Source of the DNA: an uncultured Verrucomicrobiae bacterium
GTDB taxonomy: Bacteria; Verrucomicrobiota; Verrucomicrobiia; Chthoniobacterales; JAFAMB01
Reading direction: 5' to 3'
Length of the DNA stretch: 64,000 nucleotides
NCBI GenBank assembly: GCA_963813025.1
Contig: CAWEXO010000005.1
Span: 96,001-160,000, forward strand
Notes under the pieces: generated by a model
What the model saw: the letters and a program-made list of their open reading frames with translations, nothing else
What the model was told of the DNA's origin: nothing
Database searches by the model: none
Shown here: piece after piece, positions 39,995 through 48,470 of the stretch
How the letters are laid out: each line of letters begins with the position of its first letter
How positions within the stretch are numbered: the first letter of the stretch is position 1
Position numbers and translations under genes: made by a program

Positions 39995-40818
39995 TGGGAC
40001 TGCCGACGATCGGATCGCTGTCGCTCAACACCGTCACGGTGAAGGAGCAATGGGGCCTGGCTGAGTGCATCGAGGGCTGCGCACGCCACGGCATCCCCGG
40101 AATTTCTCCCTGGCGGGATGTCCTGCAAGCTATGGGCGTGAAGAAAGCGGCACGGCACATCCGCAACGCCGGGCTGGCGGTGTCCGGCCTATGCCGAGGT
40201 GGCATGTTGACTGCGAGCGATGAGGTTGGGCGCCGCGCCGCGATCGCCGACAACCGCCGAGCGATTGATGAGGCGCAGGCGATCGGCGCCGCATGTCTCG
40301 TTATGGTGTGTGGCGGTCTGCCTCCGGGATCGCGGGACTTGTCTGGGAGCCGTCAGATGGTGAAGGACGGGCTGGCGGAAATTCTACCCTATGCGCGATC
40401 CGCCGGAGTAACCATCGGACTAGAGCCTCTTCATCCGATGACCTGCGCCGACCGAAGCGTTCTGTCCACGCTTGGACAGGCGCTCGACTTATGCGACGAG
40501 TTGGGCGAAGGGGTCGGTGTGGCCGTCGATGTATATCACGTCTGGTGGGATCCGGACCTTGCCCGGCAAATGGCACGCAGCGGCCATCGCATCGCCGGCT
40601 TTCACGTGTGCGACTGGCTGGTACCGACCACCGATCTCGTGTTCGACCGCGGCATGCCTGGGGAAGGCGTGATCGACATTCCTGCCATCAGAGCGATGGC
40701 GGAGAACGCCGGCTATCGCGGTGCCGTCGAATGCGAGGTGTTGTCGCGTCGTTGGTGGAGCGAAGATCCCGACCAAGTGCTGTCAATTATCAAGGACCGG
40801 CACGCGACGATGTGCTGA
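39994..40818 (+). CDS. Sugar phosphate isomerase/epimerase (AP endonuclease 2 fold)
   Basis: 'LEPLHP', 'DVYHVWWD', 'HVCDW', 'DRGMPGEG'. Confidence 0.9.
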   Translation: MGLPTIGSLSLNTVTVKEQWGLAECIEGCARHGIPGISPWRDVLQAMGVKKAARHIRNAGLAVSGLCRGGMLTASDEVGRRAAIADNRRAIDEAQAIGAACLVMVCGGLPPGSRDLSGSRQMVKDGLAEILPYARSAGVTIGLEPLHPMTCADRSVLSTLGQALDLCDELGEGVGVAVDVYHVWWDPDLARQMARSGHRIAGFHVCDWLVPTTDLVFDRGMPGEGVIDIPAIRAMAENAGYRGAVECEVLSRRWWSEDPDQVLSIIKDRHATMC

Positions 40819-40956
40819 CGTTCGGAGGCACCGAATGCTCCGCCGCTCGGACGGATCACAGAATAGTGTTGGCACCGCAACACCAAGATCTTCCAAAAAG
40901 CGTTGCACATGATTTATTGCCGTTCAGAATCAATGTGAACAAGTCTTCCCCCTCTC

Positions 40957-42300
40957 ATGAAATGCTCCTCCCGCCCAAAAAACAATTGTTGGCTCTTGGG
41001 TTCGTTGATTCTGTTTGCCCTCGGCACAGCAGCTTTGGCCGCTCCGATTACGGTGCACTGGTTGACCCTATCTGATGGACAGTGGCCCAGCAGCGCGGGC
41101 AAGGTCATCGCCGCATTTGAGGCGAAAAACCCAGACGTCAAGGTCGTCATGGATAATTATCCCTTCCGTCAACTTTTCGAAACTATCGAAGTCCGGATGA
41201 AAGCCCAGTCAGCAGATATCGACATTCTCAGCGTCGATGTGCCTCTGGTGGCCTCCTACGCGGTTCGTGGTTATCTGGCTCCCCTCAACCAGTATTTCTC
41301 GCCGGAGGAACTAAACAGCACTTGGGTTGCCGCATCGAAACAGGCTGGCACTTACAACGGTGAACTACTGGCAGCGCCGCAGAACACGTCCACTCAATTC
41401 ATGTACGTCAATCTCAAACTATTTCGCGAGGCGGGAATACCTGCTCCCGATAGCATCACCGCCGCTAAACCGGTAACCGCCGAAAGTGTCGCGACATTGG
41501 CGGAGCAGCACCGATGGACTTGGGAAAAGGTGGTTGATGCAGCAAAGAAACTTACTAAAAATGGACCCGACGGGCAGGTCTGGGGTATGGAGTTCGACCA
41601 GGTCAGTCGACTTTATCAACTACAGGCACTCGGTGAGTCACTAGGTGGTCGCCTCGTGAGTGAAGATGGACTAAAAGCCTCTGGATATTTCGACGGTGAA
41701 GCTTGGAGGAAAGCAGCCAAATGGTACTGGTCGCTTTTCAACGAGTGGAAAGTGAGTCCTAAGGGAGTTCCTCCCGCTGAGTCTCCCAATCTTTTTGCCG
41801 GAAACAAGGTGGCACTTTTTGTGGGAGGGGAATGGAACATTCCGATCTTCAAGAAGGCAGGCGTCGAGTTCGGTGTAGCGCCGCATCCTTATTTTGCCGG
41901 GCACAAACCGGTGACTGGCACTGGAAGCTGGCATATTGGGTTGAATAAAGCCTCAAAGAACAAAGACGCTGCTGGCAAATTCATCCACTTCATCACAGCC
42001 GATGACCAGGGAACACGTATCTGGTTTGAATCGCAGGGACAGTTGCCCGCGACAGAAAAACTCCTGTCAGCAATCGAGAACTCAGACCGATATAGTCAGT
42101 TTCCTGAAAATGCGTATCTCCTGGGCGTGTATGAGGCCAGGCACACGGCTGTTCCTCGGCCGCAAACACCCGGATACCTTCAGTTAGAGGACATCTTCGC
42201 GTCCACGTTTGAAGATATCCGCAACGGTGCCCAGCCCGACGAGGTTTTGACGCCAGCCGCTCACCGGGTCGACCGCTTCTTAGCACAGTTCCGCAAGTAG
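40957..42300 (+). CDS. Carbohydrate ABC transporter substrate-binding protein
   Basis: Signal peptide, 'FEAKNPDVKV', upstream of two CUT1 permeases. Confidence 0.9.
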   Translation: MKCSSRPKNNCWLLGSLILFALGTAALAAPITVHWLTLSDGQWPSSAGKVIAAFEAKNPDVKVVMDNYPFRQLFETIEVRMKAQSADIDILSVDVPLVASYAVRGYLAPLNQYFSPEELNSTWVAASKQAGTYNGELLAAPQNTSTQFMYVNLKLFREAGIPAPDSITAAKPVTAESVATLAEQHRWTWEKVVDAAKKLTKNGPDGQVWGMEFDQVSRLYQLQALGESLGGRLVSEDGLKASGYFDGEAWRKAAKWYWSLFNEWKVSPKGVPPAESPNLFAGNKVALFVGGEWNIPIFKKAGVEFGVAPHPYFAGHKPVTGTGSWHIGLNKASKNKDAAGKFIHFITADDQGTRIWFESQGQLPATEKLLSAIENSDRYSQFPENAYLLGVYEARHTAVPRPQTPGYLQLEDIFASTFEDIRNGAQPDEVLTPAAHRVDRFLAQFRK

Positions 42301-42303
42301 CAC

Positions 42304-43179
42304 ATGAAGTCGAAAAGCGGCACGATTTTCGCCTACGTGCTGCTGGCGCCCGCTCTGCTATGTCTGGGTCTTTTTCGGTTGTACCCGATCGGGCTGACTG
42401 CGTGGGGGAGCCTCACTCAGGAGTCCTTCGAAAAGGTCGGGCAGACTGTTTTTGTGGGTCTGCAAAATTATATCGATCTCTTTGGTGATTCGCTCTTCTG
42501 GAAATCCCTGTGGGTGACGCTCAAACTCAACCTGGTGATCAATCCAATCCAGGTGTCGTTGGCTCTGGGACTGGCCCTCATGGTGAACCAGCGCTTTCGA
42601 ACAATCGCCGTTTACCGGCTACTCTTTTTTTTACCGATCGGGGTGTCTTTGCCGATCGCCTGCATCGTGTGGAGTTTGATGTTAGACCCAAATGCCGGTT
42701 TGGTGAATTCAATTTTGGCGAGACTTGGTATCGATAAGCAGCCGTTTCTGATCAGCGAAGGTCAAGCGCTTTGGAGTATAGTCCTGATCGCTACCTGGAA
42801 GGGAGTGAGTTTCTGGATGATTTTCTTGTGGGCTGGTTTGCAGGCTATCCCTCTCGAACTTTACGAGGCAGCGCGGATCGATGGTGCCCGAAGCTTTCGT
42901 CGCTTCTGGCAGATCACACTTCCTCTCCTTAGGAAGCCACTGCTTTTTGTCTTGGTCACTGATACCGCTGTCAATTTCCTGCTTTTTGTTCCGATGTTCT
43001 TACTTACCCGGGGCGGACCTGCTTACTCGACCAATGTCTTAATGTACGAGGCTTATAAGTCAGGATTTATTTACGGGGAAATGGGGCGCGCTCTCGCCAT
43101 TGTCATGGTGCTTCTTGCCTTGGTGACGGCGACGGTCATCCTCCAATTTCGACTACTCAGGCAGGAGGAGCAGGCGTGA
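42304..43179 (+). CDS. Carbohydrate ABC permease
   Basis: 'FVGLQNY', EAA loop 'LYEAARIDGA'. Confidence 0.95.
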   Translation: MKSKSGTIFAYVLLAPALLCLGLFRLYPIGLTAWGSLTQESFEKVGQTVFVGLQNYIDLFGDSLFWKSLWVTLKLNLVINPIQVSLALGLALMVNQRFRTIAVYRLLFFLPIGVSLPIACIVWSLMLDPNAGLVNSILARLGIDKQPFLISEGQALWSIVLIATWKGVSFWMIFLWAGLQAIPLELYEAARIDGARSFRRFWQITLPLLRKPLLFVLVTDTAVNFLLFVPMFLLTRGGPAYSTNVLMYEAYKSGFIYGEMGRALAIVMVLLALVTATVILQFRLLRQEEQA

Positions 43180-44009
43180 GAACCAGTTTTAAACTAATCA
43201 GCACTCACCTATTCTATTTGGCAGCAGGTTTTGTCTTTTTGCTGCCACTTTGGTGGGCTTTCACATCTTCGCTGAAACCGCTTTCGGAAATTTTCGCAGA
43301 CGTTTCGCCATTCAGACTGCAAGCGCTTCTACCGACATCTCTGAATTTCAATGCTTATTACAACATTTTTCAAAAGGGATTTGGTCTGGCAATCTTCAAT
43401 AGCCTGGTCGTGTCCGGATTTTCGGTCGTTCTCGGCCTTCTCGTCAATGGCTCTGCTGGCTTCGCCTTCGCCGTGCTGCGCTTCCCGGGACGCAACCTGC
43501 TTTTTGGTCTAACGGTTTTGACCTTTCTTGTTCCTTCTGAAGCGATCGCGGTACCCCTTTATCGGGTGATACGTGATCTCGGATGGCTCGACTCCTATGC
43601 TGGCCTGGTCGCACCGGCAGTGGCCAACGGAATCTGTATTTTCTTATTTAGACAGTTTTTCGCTCTGGTACCGCGCGAACTGGCAGAGGCGGCCCGTATG
43701 GATGGTGCAGGATGGCTAACCATTTTGGTGCGAATCTATGTTCCCCTCAGCGGCCCGGTTATCATCAGTGCGGGACTCCTGTTGTTCCTTTTTCAGTGGG
43801 AAGCGTTTCTTTGGCCTTTAATCGCTACTCGATCCGAAAATATGCGCGTGATTCAAGTGGCATTGGCCGGATTCGAGCAACAATATCAGACCTTGTGGAA
43901 CGAGTTGTTTGCTGCCTCAGTGATTTCAGCGGTGATCCCTTTATTGATCCTGTTGCCGCTCCAACGTTATTACATCCAAGGGGTCACTGGCGCTGCCGTG
44001 AAAGGGTGA
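43176..44009 (+). CDS. Carbohydrate ABC permease
   Basis: 'ELAEAARMDGA', C-terminal 'GAAVKG'. Confidence 0.95.
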   Translation: MRTSFKLISTHLFYLAAGFVFLLPLWWAFTSSLKPLSEIFADVSPFRLQALLPTSLNFNAYYNIFQKGFGLAIFNSLVVSGFSVVLGLLVNGSAGFAFAVLRFPGRNLLFGLTVLTFLVPSEAIAVPLYRVIRDLGWLDSYAGLVAPAVANGICIFLFRQFFALVPRELAEAARMDGAGWLTILVRIYVPLSGPVIISAGLLLFLFQWEAFLWPLIATRSENMRVIQVALAGFEQQYQTLWNELFAASVISAVIPLLILLPLQRYYIQGVTGAAVKG

Positions 44010-44019
44010 GGTAAAATAC

Positions 44020-44898
44020 GTGCTTATGATGAGACCCGTAATTCTGGACACCGATATCGGCAGCGACGTCGACGATTTGCTGGCGCTGATCTTTCTGCTC
44101 CGTTCCACGCAGATCGAACTACGTGGAATCTCAACCGTTTATGGCGATACGCTTCGCCGCGCTCGTTTGGCGAAAGCGGTTTGCCGGATGTTAACGGACC
44201 GGGATTTGCCCATCATACCGGGCGAAAAGACCACCCTGTCGGGCCGCCAGGTTTATTGGGCAGGTATTGAAGGCGAAGGAGTGCCAAACCTTGATCAAAT
44301 GGAGGTTGAAACAGGACTGTCTGCACCCGAGTTCCTTATCGGGCAATCCCGCGACACGCAGGGAGAGCTGGAGATTTTGGCGATCGGCCCATTGACCAAT
44401 CTGGCTCGGGCGATTGAACAAGATTCAAGCTTCGTCAGTCGCGTAAAGCACTTACATCTCATGGGAGGTGCATTCTACAGCCCACGTCCTGAGCACAATA
44501 TCCGGTGCGATATTCTGGCGGCCAAACGAGTCTTTGGTTCGGGAATACCAATTACGGCGATCGGATTGGATGTCACAACAATTCCATCCATTACTGAAGC
44601 CGAGGTGATCCGGCTAGAGAGATCAAAGCATCCGGTCGGTCAGCTGGCTGCCGACCAAATCAGACGTTGGTGGATCTTTCGCAATGCAGCGATGAATCAT
44701 CCGCATGACCCGTTGGCCGCACTAAGCATGGAACGTCCTGACCTTTTTCGATTCGAGAAATGTTCAGTCGAGGTGGAGCTCGAGGGTTTGCACTACGGGA
44801 TTACCCGAAGAATTAAGGGACCGGGAACAACTCAAGTAGCCAGTGACGTTTTTCCGCGTACCGCACTCAACGAAATAATCAGTCGGCTTGAAAGTTGA
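44020..44898 (+). CDS. Nucleoside hydrolase (IU-NH family)
   Basis: 'LDTDIGSDVDD', 'GPLTNLA', 'HDPL'. Confidence 0.93.
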   Translation: MLMMRPVILDTDIGSDVDDLLALIFLLRSTQIELRGISTVYGDTLRRARLAKAVCRMLTDRDLPIIPGEKTTLSGRQVYWAGIEGEGVPNLDQMEVETGLSAPEFLIGQSRDTQGELEILAIGPLTNLARAIEQDSSFVSRVKHLHLMGGAFYSPRPEHNIRCDILAAKRVFGSGIPITAIGLDVTTIPSITEAEVIRLERSKHPVGQLAADQIRRWWIFRNAAMNHPHDPLAALSMERPDLFRFEKCSVEVELEGLHYGITRRIKGPGTTQVASDVFPRTALNEIISRLES

Positions 44899-44967
44899 TG
44901 CCGCATATCGCCGATTTGAATTTTTAGTCGGCTACGATAATCAGATTACATGAGAGGAGGTTCCTAA

Positions 44968-45612
44968 ATGAAAAACGATTCGAATTTGAATGTTGAGATT
45001 CGGGACGTGACAGACGGCTTGTGGGTGTGGCGATTCGAAAATCCCTTCTGGAAGCCTGGTCTCGATTGGGAGCCTCTCACGACGTCAACATGCGTTGCGT
45101 CAGGAGGTGAGATCCTGGTTCTGGATCCGCAGGCCCCACCATTCGGCGCAGTTGAGGTGTGGGAACGGCTTGATGCACGTCCCCCGACCGCAGTTGTTAT
45201 TCTCAAGCCGGATCACGTTCGAGATGCTGATCTGTTCGTGCGCCGTTACGGTTCCCGTGCATTCGGGCCAAAACTCTTCTTTCGTGACGACGTTCCTGAG
45301 ACCCTGCTGGAGCCGATTGAGCCCGGGAGCAATCTTCCGGGAGGGATCATCGCCCTGTATGATGGACGGGGCGAAAATGAAACGCCGCTATGGTTGCCTG
45401 AACAGCGGGCCCTTGTTTTTGCTGATGCGCTGACAGCGCCCGGAGGGGAGCTACGAGTTTGGGGGACACCATGGCATGAAGAGCGTGTATTACCGGCATT
45501 ACGCCGGTTGCTTGAGCTGCCATTCGAATACGTGATCGTTTCACACGGCGAGCCGGTGCATACTCGCGCCGCTTATGAGCGTGCTCTCGAGCTGATCCCC
45601 TGGACTGGATAA
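44968..45612 (+). CDS. Metallo-beta-lactamase-fold protein (degenerate motif)
   Basis: 'LKPDHVRD', 'VFADAL', 'VSHGEP'. Confidence 0.7.
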   Translation: MKNDSNLNVEIRDVTDGLWVWRFENPFWKPGLDWEPLTTSTCVASGGEILVLDPQAPPFGAVEVWERLDARPPTAVVILKPDHVRDADLFVRRYGSRAFGPKLFFRDDVPETLLEPIEPGSNLPGGIIALYDGRGENETPLWLPEQRALVFADALTAPGGELRVWGTPWHEERVLPALRRLLELPFEYVIVSHGEPVHTRAAYERALELIPWTG

Positions 45613-45701
45613 ACGAGGCTCAAAGAAAGAGAGCGTCTCGGAACATTCTTGGGCTCTGTGCTGGTAGGGCAGTATCTGAGCAGGTCTGGCAAGGGAAAAA
45701 G

Positions 45702-46976
45702 TTAAAGTTTTTCACCGATTGGTGAGTGGCGTTTTTTGAGGACTTGGAGGTAGCGCTCTTCGTCATAAGGGGTGCGGTCCTGCCAGAGCCGGAAGATGAC
45801 GCGGATCCATTTAAAGGCCAAGGCGCGCACGGCAGTGTGGTGGGACTTACCGCGGGCCATTTGCTCTTGATAATAGAGCTTGGCCCATTGGGAATAAGGA
45901 ATGGAATGAGCCGCGAATTCGTGGAAGCTCTGGCACAGGAATTTGGAGCGAAAGCGCCGCCGCTGGACGCTTTTGGTTTGGCCGCTGCGCACTTGGACCG
46001 GAGCGATTCCGCTTTTTTTCTGTACCTCCAGGGCTTGGGCAAAAGCCTGCCGATTGGAGCCAAAAGCCACCAACAAGCGCGGGGCTAATTGCGGGCCGGC
46101 TCCGGGCAGACTTTCAAAAATGTGCCGATCGGGATGTTTGGCAAACAGAGTGTGGATGGCTTTGTCAAAAGCCTTGATGGAATCTCGCAGCGGCAACAAT
46201 TGACTGACCAAACACTTGCAACTCAGCACGGAGGGCTCCAGCAGAGAACGATCCTCGGTGACGGTTTGGGCCCGAGCAATCTTTTCCAAGCGCTCCTCGA
46301 TCAAGCTCTGGCTGCGGCTGTGGTGCTGATAAAAAAAAGAGCGCAGGGTCTGGGGCTTGGCTTTTTTTAAACTCTGCAGGGTCGGCCAGCGTTTCAAAAA
46401 ATGCAGCGCCAGAGTGGTGCCCAAATCATCGAGGAGCTCGAGGGCCAGCGGATAGTAGACTTTGAGTAAGCTGGTGAGTTGGTTTTCGCACACCACGGAG
46501 GCCTCGACGGCTTTGCGTCGGTGCTGACCGAGCAAATCCAGTTCCCGCACTACCGGCTCCGGGGGTTGATAAAGCCGGAGCCGATCCCGATGGTGATCAA
46601 CGAGCTCTTCGATCAATTGGCTGTCGCGAGGGTCATCCTTGGCGCCACTAGTAAAGAAGACCTTGCGGTATTCGCTTAAACTCAAAGGATTGAGCGGATA
46701 GAGGTCGATCCAGTCTCCCTGGGTGCGGAGCATTTCAAAGAGTGCTCCCCGATTTTGTTCAAAACCAATGGCCACCCGCCCCTGCGGACCAGCCAAGCTT
46801 TTGAGCTCTTCGAGCCAGGTCCGAACCGAAACGGGATCGGCGCCCAGCTGGAATGTCCGGCATCCTCCCTCCGGACCAGAGCGTTGACAGACAGCGTGTT
46901 CTTTATCAGCCCAATCGATTCCCACGCTGACCATATAATGGGGATCTGGGACCGGAAACGGATTTGATCGGTTCAT
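45702..46976 (-). CDS. IS110-family DEDD recombinase/transposase
   Basis: 'GIDWADKEH' (D), 'GFEQ' (E), 'AKDDPRDS' (DD), HhH 'LPGAGP', catalytic Ser region 'GIAPVQVRSG'. Confidence 0.96.
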   Translation of the reverse strand: MNRSNPFPVPDPHYMVSVGIDWADKEHAVCQRSGPEGGCRTFQLGADPVSVRTWLEELKSLAGPQGRVAIGFEQNRGALFEMLRTQGDWIDLYPLNPLSLSEYRKVFFTSGAKDDPRDSQLIEELVDHHRDRLRLYQPPEPVVRELDLLGQHRRKAVEASVVCENQLTSLLKVYYPLALELLDDLGTTLALHFLKRWPTLQSLKKAKPQTLRSFFYQHHSRSQSLIEERLEKIARAQTVTEDRSLLEPSVLSCKCLVSQLLPLRDSIKAFDKAIHTLFAKHPDRHIFESLPGAGPQLAPRLLVAFGSNRQAFAQALEVQKKSGIAPVQVRSGQTKSVQRRRFRSKFLCQSFHEFAAHSIPYSQWAKLYYQEQMARGKSHHTAVRALAFKWIRVIFRLWQDRTPYDEERYLQVLKKRHSPIGEKL

Positions 46977-47029
46977 GCTTGCTCCTTTTTTCTGGTTTTA
47001 CCCAGCGCGAAAAAAGCCGCTTGGCTTTG

Positions 47030-47343
47030 GCCGTCCGAAATCCGTATAGTTAAGTCGTCGAAGTGTGAAGTGCTCGACCTCAACTAGAGTATTCGTTGTG
47101 ACGAATCAAAGCGCGACCGGCTGGCTCGAAACTCTGCCCTAAAGATCTCGCGGACCCGAAAATCCTATTCGTAGCCAGCCGGCGCGTCCTTCTTCGCGTG
47201 GGCAGCGCGGGATTTTGCCCGACTGCCCTTGGCAAAGAAAACCCTTTCTTTTTTCCAAAGCTTTCTTTTCTCCGGGCGGAGTTATTCACAAGCTGGAGCT
47301 CCGACCGGTAGGGCCTCCGACCACAGCTTGCTGAATAACTCCG
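47030..47343 (-). ncRNA. Predicted IS110 bridge RNA
   Basis: Structured non-coding end with loop segments matching the target (47157-47165, 47134-47141) and the donor (47043-47049, 47088-47092). Boundaries approximate. Confidence 0.8.
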
Positions 47344-47445
47344 GACTTGCTATACGAAAATTCACTCGAGCGGCCGAGGCCATGTTGCGAGACACTCCCA
47401 GACCGTATTCCCTCCTTGCTCCTTAGAACTCTGGCTGTCGGCCTG

Positions 47446-48435
47446 CTATAAGGCATGCACTGCGCTGAGCTGTTCGTGAACAAATTTGATGCGGTTCACC
47501 AACGGACGCCCGAACACCGGAGAGCTGATCTCGACGACGTCTTCGTCCTGCATCCTGATTCCATTGGCGAAAGAAAGTGTGCCTGTTCCGAAGAAATGGA
47601 CATGAACATCGCCAGGCCGACGAAATTGCGGGTACTTGAACTGGTGATATTCAAGGTTTGCCAGAGAATGGCTCATGTTGTCTTCTCCGGACAAAAACGG
47701 CTTTTCCCAAAGTACTTTTCCGTTCCGGAGAATGCGGCTTACTCCCGCCACGTGAGCGGGCAAAGACCCGACCAGCAATTCGGGTCCTAACGCGGAGGGG
47801 CGTAGTTTCGAATGCGCCAGGTAAAGATAGTTCCGTCTCTCCATGACGTGATCGGACAATTCGTTGCCGAGGGCAAACCCGACACGGCAAGGCCGAGTAT
47901 CGGGTCCGATGAGATAGAGCCCGACAATCTCCGGTTCTTCGCCGGCATCCTCGCCGAAACCAGGAACCGATAGTGAAGCGCCTGGACGAGCGATGATGCT
48001 GCCGTCGCCTTTATAGAACCACTCTGGCTGCACTCCCGGCCGACCCTGTTGAGGTTTTCCTCCCTCAACTCCCCACCGAAACATTTTGAGCGAATCAGTC
48101 AATTCTTCTGCCGCTGCGCTGATCTTCTGGTGCATTTGGTCGCGAGTCGCCGCGCTCCCCAGATGGGTCAGACCGGTTCCAGTGACTAGACAATGTGCTG
48201 GATCAGGGTGATCCAGTGGCGGAAGAATTTTCTGCTCTGCTAATAATCGGCTGTACTCATGCGTTCCCGCGACTTGGCAATTCTCGATTTGTTGGGCCAG
48301 AGTTTTACCTGAACCGATTGCTTGCCAAGCCAAATCCCGGATCGATTCCAGGCCTGCGATTTCCAGCGCCTTTTCTTCGTCGATGATCGCCACGGCACGG
48401 GCGCCGTCCGCTTTTTCGAATTGGATTAAATTCAT
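47446..48435 (-). CDS. AraD1/GguC-family fumarylacetoacetate-hydrolase-like protein
   Basis: 'PPLDHPDPAH', 'GTGLTHLGSA', 'QPEWFYKG', 'YLYLAHSKLR'. Confidence 0.88.
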   Translation of the reverse strand: MNLIQFEKADGARAVAIIDEEKALEIAGLESIRDLAWQAIGSGKTLAQQIENCQVAGTHEYSRLLAEQKILPPLDHPDPAHCLVTGTGLTHLGSAATRDQMHQKISAAAEELTDSLKMFRWGVEGGKPQQGRPGVQPEWFYKGDGSIIARPGASLSVPGFGEDAGEEPEIVGLYLIGPDTRPCRVGFALGNELSDHVMERRNYLYLAHSKLRPSALGPELLVGSLPAHVAGVSRILRNGKVLWEKPFLSGEDNMSHSLANLEYHQFKYPQFRRPGDVHVHFFGTGTLSFANGIRMQDEDVVEISSPVFGRPLVNRIKFVHEQLSAVHAL

Positions 48436-48470
48436 AAGCTGAAGCCGGTCGGGCCGTTTCGAGCGGACTC

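Larger units (their letters stand above)
45671..47355 (-). mobile_element. IS110-family element inserted in a REP-like repeat
   Basis: The flanks rejoin as GGTAGGGC|GAAAATTCA, the end of the REP family. No terminal inverted repeats are seen. Confidence 0.93.
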
